Below are positions 55,173 through 62,823 of a stretch of 64,000 nt of DNA, piece by piece. The notes under the pieces are model-generated. The model did no database searches. It was not told where the DNA came from and saw only the letters and a program-made list of their open reading frames with translations. Position numbers and translations under genes: made by a program. Within the stretch, counting starts at the first letter, position 1; each line of letters opens with the position of its first letter. The DNA is from an uncultured delta proteobacterium (lineage in GTDB: Bacteria; Myxococcota_A; Polyangia; Polyangiales; Polyangiaceae), in the NCBI GenBank assembly GCA_963782055.1, contig CAWAIF010000003.1:6624001-6688000 (forward strand), written 5' to 3'.

Positions 55173-56714
55173 ATGGGTTGGGTCGGCGCGACCCTCGAGG
55201 GCAAGTACCGGATCGACGCCCTCGTCGGCGAGGGCGGCTTCGGTTGCGTCTACCGCGCAGTGCACCTGCGGCTCGGCACGCCGGTCGCGGTGAAGTTCCT
55301 GCGGCCGGAGCTCGCGCTCGGCTCCGGCGACGCGGCGAAGTTCCTTCGTCGCTTCGAACGCGAGGCGCGAACGCTCCAGAACCTCTCGCGTGCCACGACG
55401 GGCGTGGTGCAGGCGCACGACTTCGGCGTGGCCACGTCGCCCCGCGGCGAGGAGACGGCATACCTCGTGATGGAATGGCTGGAGGGACACACGCTGTCGG
55501 ACGAGCTCGCCGCGAGACCGCGGCGCTCGCTGACAGACGCCCTCGAGCTGCTGTCACCGGTGCTCGACGCGCTCGCGGTGGCGCACGACATGGGCATCGC
55601 ACACCGCGATCTGAAGCCCGCCAACCTGATGGTGTGCCGTGTCGGCGGCCGCCCCACGGTGAAGGTGCTGGACTTCGGCATCGCGCAGGTCCTGGGGCCG
55701 GAGCACGAGGCCACGTGGATCGGCGTCGGCGGCAACAACACGCGAGTCTTCTCCCTGGCGCACGGCGCGCCGGAGCAGTTCGATCCCGGCCTCGGTCCCA
55801 CGGGCCCGTGGACCGATGTCTACGCGGTGGGCCTCCTGATCCTCCAGCTCGTCGACGGTGAGCACCCCTACGCCGGCGACACGTACGCGGAGCTGCGCGC
55901 CCAGGCGCTCGACCTGGAGCGACGCCCGGCCCTTCGATCCGACCGGAGCATCGACGACGTGATGCGGCGAGTGCTCGCCGTCGACTGGCGGAATCGGCCG
56001 AGGACTGCCGGGGAGCTGCGCGTCGAGCTGACGCGGGGCGAGGGCGAGGACGACCTGGGCCCGCCCACCTCCAGGATGCCGTCCGCGCCGGTCGCCCCGA
56101 CCCCGGCCGCGCCCGTCCCGCCTGCGCTCCTCGTACCTGCTCGCACCTCATCGAGTCACCCGCTCTGGACAATCGTCGCCGTCGGCGCCGGTATTGTTTT
56201 CCTCCTCCTCGCCGTCGGTGGCGCGATGGCCGCCAGGCTGCTCCTTCAAGGTGGGCGAACGACCAGCTCGGCTCGCGATGCCGCGCCGACGAGGGAGACG
56301 CAGGCTCGCGACGTGCTGAAGCAATGGAACGACGCCGAGGACAGGCACGACATCCCCGAACTTGAGTCCATGTACGCGGACCGCGTCCACTTCTACCATG
56401 CAGATCTCACCCCCCAGCAGTGCGGCGACAAGCTGCGAGGCCTGTATCGTGCCTACCCCGGCTTTATTCAGCAGGTCCATTGGGACACGGTCACGGTCGA
56501 GTCGCTGGAGAGCTCCGCCGGGGCGCGCGTGTCGTTCGACAAGACCTACCCGACGAAGACCGGCGTCAGCACCGTGCGCGGGTACCTCGTCCTGGACGGC
56601 GAGATGAGGATCGTCGAGGAGAGCGACGCGAGGACGGATTCTGGTGCTCGATCCGACGGGCTCGAGGGACCACCGTCGGTAGAAGCCGGCGCCACGCAGG
56701 CGGCCATGCGCTAG
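55173..56714 (+). CDS. Membrane Ser/Thr kinase with an extracytoplasmic NTF2/SnoaL-like domain
   Basis: GEGGFGCVY, VAVK, HRDLKPAN, DFG and GAPEQ motifs; TM IVAVGAGIVFLLLAV; C-terminal VLKQWNDA...YADRVHFY (fold tentative). Confidence 0.88.
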   Translation: MGWVGATLEGKYRIDALVGEGGFGCVYRAVHLRLGTPVAVKFLRPELALGSGDAAKFLRRFEREARTLQNLSRATTGVVQAHDFGVATSPRGEETAYLVMEWLEGHTLSDELAARPRRSLTDALELLSPVLDALAVAHDMGIAHRDLKPANLMVCRVGGRPTVKVLDFGIAQVLGPEHEATWIGVGGNNTRVFSLAHGAPEQFDPGLGPTGPWTDVYAVGLLILQLVDGEHPYAGDTYAELRAQALDLERRPALRSDRSIDDVMRRVLAVDWRNRPRTAGELRVELTRGEGEDDLGPPTSRMPSAPVAPTPAAPVPPALLVPARTSSSHPLWTIVAVGAGIVFLLLAVGGAMAARLLLQGGRTTSSARDAAPTRETQARDVLKQWNDAEDRHDIPELESMYADRVHFYHADLTPQQCGDKLRGLYRAYPGFIQQVHWDTVTVESLESSAGARVSFDKTYPTKTGVSTVRGYLVLDGEMRIVEESDARTDSGARSDGLEGPPSVEAGATQAAMR

Positions 56715-56723
56715 CATGGCCGG

Positions 56724-58070
56724 ATGGGGACCGAGAAGCCTACGGAGGAGCTCACGGGGCCCGCGAAGGGCCCCGCCGGCGCCGGACCTCCGGGACTGAT
56801 CATGGTGTATCCGGAGAAGCGCGCACTCCGGGTGCCCATCGACGAGCCGTGCGGCCGCGACTGGCTCGGTGCCGAGGGCACCAAGGCTTCTCGGCGCCAC
56901 ATCGTCTTCACCAAGGCGGGCAGCCGGCTGACCGTCGAGGATGTCGGCTCGCGTAATGGTACGTGGGTCGACGGAGAGCGGCTCCTCGAGGGGCAACCCG
57001 TTGACCTGGAGAATGGTTCGATCCTGCGCATCGGCGCCGCAGTGCTCGTGTACCGAAGCTCCTTCGGCCTCCCTTACGAACCCGACGCGCCGCTTCAGGT
57101 CCGCGAGGGCCCTTTCCGCGAGCTGATGAGCCCTTTCGGAATGCGTCGCGCCAGAACCGAGATCGATGCCATCGTGTCTCAGTCTCCGACTCCCAGGAGC
57201 ATCCTCATCGAGGGCGAATCGGGCACCGGCAAGGAGTTCATCGCGCGGTATCTCGCCGAGCGCTTGCACCCCGGGTGCCCCTACCTCCCAGTCAACGTCG
57301 CCGCCATCTCGAAGGAGCTGTTCGAAGCGGAGCTGTTCGGGTACGTCCCGGGAGCGTTCTCCGGCGCGCGCGCCGGAGGAAGGAAGGGATACGTCGAGGA
57401 GTGCAACGGCGGCACCCTGTTCCTGGATGAGATCGGAGAGCTTCCCGTCCAGGCGCAGGCGAAGCTGCTCCGCTTCCTCGACAGCGGCGCGTTCCTTCGC
57501 GTGGGCGAGACCAAGGTCCAGACGGCGAACGTGCTCGTCATGGCGGCGACGAATCGAACCCTCGACGACGAGGTCCGCGAGAAGAGGTTCAAGCACGACG
57601 TGCGCGCGCGCTTCCAAGCGTATCTGAGGCTCCCGCCGCTTCGCGACCGACCGGAGGACATCTGGGACATCGCCCGCACCGCGATGCCTGAAACGCCCGC
57701 GGAGGCCCAGGCCGTCGAACGGCTCCTGCTCGAGAGGTGGGGGAAGGGCAACATCCGGGAGCTCCTCAGCACAGTCTCGCGGAGCGTGGCGTCGCAACGG
57801 GCGTCCTTCCCGGGTGTGCCGCCCGCTCTTGCACATTGGGCCGTCGAGCAGACCCTCGCTCTGGCACACGGAGCTGTGGAGCAGACCGCCGATCCAGCAA
57901 GACGCGCGTCCCTGCTCACCCCCGACCGGATCCGACAGGCGCTCGCAGACGCGGGCCAGAACATCACCCACGCCGCCCAACGGCTCTCCACGCCGGGGCA
58001 CACTGTCACCATTGGGACGCTCCGCAGGCGAATGAAAGAGTTCGGGATCAAGCGGGAGAGCTCGGGCTGA
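56724..58070 (+). CDS. FHA-domain sigma54 enhancer-binding protein
   Basis: FHA GR..ASRRH..DVGSRNGTWV; Walker A GESGTGKE; ELFG..PGAFSGA; LFLDEIGEL; GNIREL; Fis-type HTH. Confidence 0.92.
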   Translation: MGTEKPTEELTGPAKGPAGAGPPGLIMVYPEKRALRVPIDEPCGRDWLGAEGTKASRRHIVFTKAGSRLTVEDVGSRNGTWVDGERLLEGQPVDLENGSILRIGAAVLVYRSSFGLPYEPDAPLQVREGPFRELMSPFGMRRARTEIDAIVSQSPTPRSILIEGESGTGKEFIARYLAERLHPGCPYLPVNVAAISKELFEAELFGYVPGAFSGARAGGRKGYVEECNGGTLFLDEIGELPVQAQAKLLRFLDSGAFLRVGETKVQTANVLVMAATNRTLDDEVREKRFKHDVRARFQAYLRLPPLRDRPEDIWDIARTAMPETPAEAQAVERLLLERWGKGNIRELLSTVSRSVASQRASFPGVPPALAHWAVEQTLALAHGAVEQTADPARRASLLTPDRIRQALADAGQNITHAAQRLSTPGHTVTIGTLRRRMKEFGIKRESSG

Positions 58071-58111
58071 TCGCGATCGCCAACGCGGGCGGTCTAGCTG
58101 ATCGCGATCGG
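58066..58111. promoter_or_regulatory. Putative enhancer (UAS) pair 2
   Basis: GCTGATCGCGATCG twice, with GATCGCGATC starting at 58069 and 58100; 31-bp spacing. Confidence 0.7.
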
Positions 58112-58175
58112 TGACCACGACCCCGCCCATGACGCAACCTGTCGGAACTCCTCGTCATCGTCCCGTCCGGTCGCG

Positions 58176-58190
58176 TGGCACGCGCCGTGT
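58176..58190 (+). promoter_or_regulatory. sigma54 promoter P2 (TPR-HicA-peptide operon)
   Basis: TGGCACGCGCCGTGT: consensus -24 TGGCACG, variant -12 (TGT instead of TGC). Confidence 0.5.
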
Positions 58191-58203
58191 ACTGGGTCGC
58201 GGC

Positions 58204-58500
58204 ATGACCTCGTCAGCCGCTTCCCGTCGCCTCACTCTTCACGACCAGATCCTGCTGGCCCTCCGCGCCGACGACCACGACGCGGCGCGCGTCCTCCTGC
58301 GCCGCATGCTGCTCCTGCTACCGCTCGAGGACTGCCGCGCGCGGGCCGACGTGCTCGTCACGCTCGCCTATGTCGCCATCGAGGGAGGGCGCGCGCAGGA
58401 AGGCCGCGCCATAGCGAACCTTGCCCTCGCGCTCGTTCCCGGCCACGCCCTGGCCGAACGCGAGCTGGAGCGCGCCACCCGCGGCGTGGGCATCCGATGA
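58204..58500 (+). CDS. Small TPR-like helical protein
   Basis: ADVLVTLAYVAIEGGRAQEGRAIANLALALVPGHALA is TPR-like; ATGA-coupled to the next ORF. Confidence 0.6.
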   Translation: MTSSAASRRLTLHDQILLALRADDHDAARVLLRRMLLLLPLEDCRARADVLVTLAYVAIEGGRAQEGRAIANLALALVPGHALAERELERATRGVGIR

Positions 58501-58973
58501 GCGGCCACGGAGATCCGAGAAGTTGGCGCGAGCTGCGCACCGAGCTCCGGAGCCTGGGCGCGCGCAGCGTGCGAACGAAGGGCTCTCACCAGGCCTGGAG
58601 GTTCGCGGACGGGGAGGTGTTCGTCCTGGTCGTCAACCACCTCTCCGACCCCGTACCCGGAGGCATCCTCGCGGAGTTTCGTCGCCTCAGGCGACGCCGC
58701 CTCGGACCTGCCCGCGAAGAGCCACCACCAGCCAGACACGCGAGAGCACAGTGCTCGGGCGGTCGATCCGGCAAGAAAGGAGAAGTGATCATGAGCAAGG
58801 GAAGCAGCGGCGGCAGAGGAGGTCGCGGTGGGCCGAAGGGCGCCGGTGGCCCGAAGGGCGCCGGTGGCCCGAAGGGCGGCAGCGGTCCCAAGGGCGGCCA
58901 GGCCCACGGCGGCAACTACCCGAGCACCACGGGAAACGCCTCCGGAGGCGGGCGAGGAAACACGCCGAGGTAG
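58497..58973 (+). CDS. HicA/YcfA-like toxin domain, in frame with the downstream Gly-rich peptide
   Basis: RELRTELRSLG...VRTKGSH..W......V....H....VP.GIL matches the HicA pattern including the GSH histidine. Confidence 0.65.
   Translation: MSGHGDPRSWRELRTELRSLGARSVRTKGSHQAWRFADGEVFVLVVNHLSDPVPGGILAEFRRLRRRRLGPAREEPPPARHARAQCSGGRSGKKGEVIMSKGSSGGRGGRGGPKGAGGPKGAGGPKGGSGPKGGQAHGGNYPSTTGNASGGGRGNTPR
58791..58973 (+). CDS. 60-aa Gly/Lys-rich microprotein with its own RBS
   Basis: AAAGGAG-N8-ATG; four 18-bp repeats (58827-58898, GGPKGA/G); ends GNYPSTTGNASGGGRGNTPR. Confidence 0.6.
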   Translation: MSKGSSGGRGGRGGPKGAGGPKGAGGPKGGSGPKGGQAHGGNYPSTTGNASGGGRGNTPR

Positions 58974-59016
58974 CGGCAGGCACGGCGGCATCCGGACTGG
59001 CGATGTCACCGTCCGC

Positions 59017-59066
59017 ACCGGGATCGGCAACGTCGCCGATTTTTCGGCAACGTTGCCGATCCCGGT
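59017..59066. repeat. Double palindrome, copy 2 (inverted relative to copy 1)
   Basis: ACCGGGATCGGCAACGTCGCCGA-TTTT-TCGGCAACGTTGCCGATCCCGGT. Confidence 0.85.
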
Positions 59067-59169
59067 ACGCCGTCTCCGTCTCGGATGCCGGGCGCGGCGC
59101 CCGCGTGCCAAACCATGAGGCGCCGTCGAACGCATTTCCGTCGTGGCGGGGACGCCCCATACTGAAAGC

Positions 59170-59480
59170 ATGACTGCCTAGGCGGTCCAGGCGCGAGCAG
59201 AGCCGATCGTCGTCTTCCGCAGCGTCAATCGTGACGGCGAGACGTACGCGCTCGAGCCGCGCTCGTTGGATCGGCTTCGGAAGGAGCTCGGCGCTGCCGT
59301 CCACGCTCGGCCTCGCATCTTCATCGCGCACGAGACGCGCGCAGACTACGAGCACATCCATGCCGCCATCGTCGAGCAGATCATCCAGTTGCTGACCGGC
59401 GTCACGGAGGAGCGGCTCCGCCCTCTCGGGGGCGTCATTTTCGGGATCCTGTGACCGAGCGGGATCTCCCACGGGCGTAG
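59170..59480 (+). pseudogene. ~100-aa hypothetical protein with TAG at codon 4 and a 1-nt deletion at ~59442 (pseudogene or read errors)
   Basis: MTA*AVQARAEPIVVFRSVNRDGETYALEPRSLDRL...LGGVIF, then RDPVTERDLPRA* in the shifted frame. Confidence 0.5.
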
Positions 59481-60058
59481 CTGGTGCTGCCGGTGGCGCC
59501 GCACCGAAGCCTCGATCGGCTTGTCCAACCGCACCCGGACCGCCGGCGATGGAGGGCAGCTGGTCGGGCCATTGATCCAGGTAGGCCGTGAGCGATGCCT
59601 CCCAGCCCGTGGCCTCGTGTTCGTTCAGGACCACCTCGAGTCCAAGGGCGTCGGTCTTCGCAGCATCGTCGGCGACCGGCCGCCTGCCCGGTCCCTCACG
59701 CGTCTTGCCGGCTTCGACGTAGGCATCGCGAAGCTTCGAGAGCTCCACCCGCGGCACGATCAAGAAGCGCCACTTCTCCCCGTGGCGCACGACCAGCATG
59801 AAGAAGAGCTCAATCGGCTGCGGTGCAGCGTAGCTGAGCCCGTGAAAGCGTGAACTTCGCCTTCACGCTGCCGCCGTTCGCCTCGCCTTCGGCAGTCTTC
59901 ACCTGCAGGCGCCAGGTCGTCTTGTCGTTGTCATCGATCACGAAGACGTCGTCGCCGACGTCGACCACGGGGACGGCGACATTCCACCCGCGGAGAAGGA
60001 GCTCCGACATCGCAAAGTACTCGCCTGCTCGTCCGAAGTGCGTCTTCTTGTCCGCCAT
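59435..60058 (-). pseudogene. PD-(D/E)XK-type nuclease-like protein; frameshifted at ~59827
   Basis: GRAGEYFAMSELLLRGWNV..P.VDVGDD...LQVKT; continues APQPIELFFMLVVR...FLIVPR after the shift. Confidence 0.65.
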
Positions 60059-60170
60059 CCCCGGCCGCATCCTCGCACGCGGGGGAGGCTGCGTGCACGA
60101 CATTGCGCGTGCGCGGTCACCGCCGGCAGCACCCGCGCTCCCTCACGCGCCCGTGCTCGCGCTCCCTCGC

Positions 60171-60359
60171 GCGCCGAGGTCCGTCCCCGTGCGGCGCACC
60201 AGCCTCCCCGATGGCGCGCGGAGCGCGACATCCGGGGGAGGGGCGCCACGCGCAGGGCTCGCGCGCAAGCCTTCGTGCGTGCCGGAGGCCTTGCATCATG
60301 CACACATCGACGGCACGCGCGAAGGCGAGCACGAGCCCGAGCATGGCGCCCGGAGGGGC
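60171..60359 (-). repeat. Right ~190-bp imperfect inverted repeat (pairs with 52438-52626)
   Basis: Begins at the stop codon of the ABC1-kinase gene; reverse complement aligns collinearly with the left copy. Confidence 0.88.
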
Positions 60360-62083
60360 TACCCCTTCGGTCTGCTCTTCAGGGCGTCGGTCAACCAGTG
60401 CACCAGCCACACGACGGCGCCCACCACGACGAACGCGCCCCCGAGCACGTCGTGGACCTTGCCGTCGAGCAGCATGGCGCCGGAGACGAACAGGCCGGCC
60501 ACCACGATGGCCGTGAAGATGCGACGGCCGATGCGATCCCCCACCTCCGGCATGAGCGGGTCGGGCGTGCGCAGCGCGAGGCGACCCAGGCGCAGGTCGT
60601 CCAGCACCTCGCGAAGCTGCAGGGGCATGTCGTAGCCCACGCGCGACAGCTGCTCCACGCCGCGCCACAGCTCGTTGCCCAGACGCTCCGGCGAGTAGCG
60701 CGCCTTGAGGAGGTCCATGAAGTAGGGCGAGGCCTCGCCGAAGACGTCCAGCTCGGGGTCGAGCTGCTTGCCGATGCCCTCGATGGTCATCAGCGCCTTG
60801 CCCACCAGCATGAAGTCGGTGGGGATCTCCAGGCCGTACTTCATCGCGCCCTGGACGAGATCGCGGATCATCGCGGAGAGATCGATGTCCTTGAGCGGCT
60901 TGCCCAGGTACTTCTCCGCCAGCATGGCGACCTCCGCGCGGTACTCGCGCATGTCCACCTTCTTCGTCGGCCGGCCGATGGCGTACAGCGCGTCGGCCAC
61001 GGCGTAGGGATCCTTGCGGGCGGCGGCGACCATGAGGTCGACGGTGCGGTCGCGCAGCTCCGGGCTGAGCCTGCCCACCATCCCCGTGTCGATCAGGCCG
61101 ACGATCGGATCGTCCTTCGGCCCGATGATGATGATGTTGCCGGGGTGAGGGTCGGCGTGGAAGAAGCCGTCCTCGAAGATCATCTTGATGACCACCGCGA
61201 CGGAGCGCTTGGCGATCTTCTTGCCGTCGGCGCCCTCCTCCACCGCCCTCGTCACCTTGGTGCCGTCGAAGAACTCCTGCGTCAGGACGTACTTGCCGGA
61301 GGCCTGCCGGTAGATCTTCGGGAAGCGGATGTGCGGGTTCGCCTCGAAGCTCTGGGCGAAGCGCTCGCAGTTGTCGGCCTCCACCGTGAAGTCCAGCTCG
61401 CTGGTGATGGAGCGGTCGAACTGCTGCACCAGCCCCACCGGCGAGTAGATCTTCGTCTCCGGCACGGTGCGCTCGAGCGCCGCGGCCATCCAGTGGAGCA
61501 GCTCCAGGTCGCGCGCGACCATCTGCCCGACAGCGGGGCGCTGCACCTTCACCACCACCTCCACCTCGCCCTCCGGCGCCTGGAGCACCGCGCGGTGGAC
61601 CTGGCCGATGGAGGCCGTCGCCAGCGGCTTCTCGTCGAAGCGGACGAAGAGCTCGGAGATGGGCGCGCCCAGGGTCTGCTCCACCTGCTGCTTGATCTCG
61701 GCGAAGGCGACGGGCGGGACCTCGTCCTGGAGCTTCTGCAGCTCGGTGATGATGTCCGCCGGGATGACGTCGGGGCGGGTGGAGACGATCTGCCCGAGCT
61801 TGATGAAGGAGGGGCCGAGCTCCTGCGCCACCATCCGGATGCGCACCGGCGTGGAGACGGTCTTCTTCTCCTTCTCGCCGGCCTGCAGCTCGCCCTCGGC
61901 GAGCTCGGGGACCGCGGGGCCTTCGCCGGAGGGCGGCGGCTCGCTCGCGCCCGGGGAGCGCTCCTTCTTCTTGCGCCCCAGGCCGGCGCGCGTCACCAGC
62001 TCGCCGAAGCCGTGGCGCACCAGGACAGCGGTGATCTCGCGCAGGCGCGCAAGGTCACGGACCGCGGTGAGGACGGAGACCAT
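60359..62083 (-). CDS. AarF/UbiB/ABC1-family atypical kinase
   Basis: LGPSFIKLGQ..STRPD, ATASIGQVH, VKVQRP, ELDF, FFHADPHPGN; C-terminal TM helices. Confidence 0.93.
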   Translation of the reverse strand: MVSVLTAVRDLARLREITAVLVRHGFGELVTRAGLGRKKKERSPGASEPPPSGEGPAVPELAEGELQAGEKEKKTVSTPVRIRMVAQELGPSFIKLGQIVSTRPDVIPADIITELQKLQDEVPPVAFAEIKQQVEQTLGAPISELFVRFDEKPLATASIGQVHRAVLQAPEGEVEVVVKVQRPAVGQMVARDLELLHWMAAALERTVPETKIYSPVGLVQQFDRSITSELDFTVEADNCERFAQSFEANPHIRFPKIYRQASGKYVLTQEFFDGTKVTRAVEEGADGKKIAKRSVAVVIKMIFEDGFFHADPHPGNIIIIGPKDDPIVGLIDTGMVGRLSPELRDRTVDLMVAAARKDPYAVADALYAIGRPTKKVDMREYRAEVAMLAEKYLGKPLKDIDLSAMIRDLVQGAMKYGLEIPTDFMLVGKALMTIEGIGKQLDPELDVFGEASPYFMDLLKARYSPERLGNELWRGVEQLSRVGYDMPLQLREVLDDLRLGRLALRTPDPLMPEVGDRIGRRIFTAIVVAGLFVSGAMLLDGKVHDVLGGAFVVVGAVVWLVHWLTDALKSRPKG

Positions 62084-62115
62084 CGTCGTCGCTCGCCGCG
62101 GGGCTGCTCAGCAGC

Positions 62116-62652
62116 TCACGGGCAGATGTCGGTCTCGCAGCTGAAGGTCAGGCCGGCGTCGGTGCCGCTTCCCTTGCACACGCACACGTCGGTCTTGGTG
62201 CCGCTGACGCACTTGACGCCGGTGTAGAAGCACTGCTGCCCCGAGTTCTTGCAGGGGAGGTCCTTCGCCGTCTTCTCGTCGGTGGGGCAGGCGTCGGGGG
62301 TGACGACCGCCGACTTGCAGTACGGCGTGAAGTCGGTGGTGTCCGGCGCCATCACGTTGGGGCTGCCCTGCGGGTCTGCCGAGTTGTTGCACTCGTACAC
62401 GCCGCCGTGGCAGTAGCAGTTGGCCTGCTCGGGGACGATGCCGCACTTGAAGCTGATCGCGCAGAGGTAGCCCTCGGTCGAGCACTTGCCCGTGTCCCCC
62501 GAGGACAGCGCGGCGACGAGGGTGGCCGGGCACGTGACGCCCGCGTCCGGCGCGGGGGGCGTGCCGGGGCTGTCCGAGCTGCAGGCCGCCAGCACGATGG
62601 TGCCGGTGAGGGTGGCGAGTCCAACGAGTGCAGCGCGGGAGAACGAAAGCAT
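62116..62652 (-). CDS. Cys-rich lipoprotein
   Basis: LAAC lipobox and many Cys in repeated C-P...C...C-x-C units typical of myxobacteria. Confidence 0.75.
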   Translation of the reverse strand: MLSFSRAALVGLATLTGTIVLAACSSDSPGTPPAPDAGVTCPATLVAALSSGDTGKCSTEGYLCAISFKCGIVPEQANCYCHGGVYECNNSADPQGSPNVMAPDTTDFTPYCKSAVVTPDACPTDEKTAKDLPCKNSGQQCFYTGVKCVSGTKTDVCVCKGSGTDAGLTFSCETDICP

Positions 62653-62823
62653 CGGCGTGTTTCCTTTGGCGTCGACTTGGGAAAGCTTGCGTGACGGGCC
62701 TGTTTAGCGCCTCGCCGCCAAAATCTCAACGCCTTCGATCGCAGCCGTTGCGCGCCTGGGCGTCATGACGCACTGCGCCCAGCAGCGGGGTCCAGGTTGC
62801 CGAAATGACGGAAGGATCCGCCG

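Larger units (their letters stand above)
52438..60359. mobile_element. Accessory island bounded by long inverted repeats; no recombinase seen
   Basis: Sits between convergent LysM and ABC1-kinase genes. Visibly more A/T-ending codons in 53665-60058; toxin/nuclease/regulator cargo. Confidence 0.55.

Noticed and set aside
52677..59066. Integron attC sites
   Set aside because: The ends (CGGCAAC/GTTGCCG) do not fit RYYYAAC...GTTRRRY, the copies are inverted, and no intI is seen.
59095..59113. Minus-strand TTTGGCACG as a sigma54 promoter
   Set aside because: There is no GC at the required GG-N10 position.
58789..59799. 336-aa minus-strand ORF as a stand-alone gene
   Set aside because: Only the first ~120 codons look like the nuclease C-terminal half; the rest is antisense read-through caused by the ~59442 indel.
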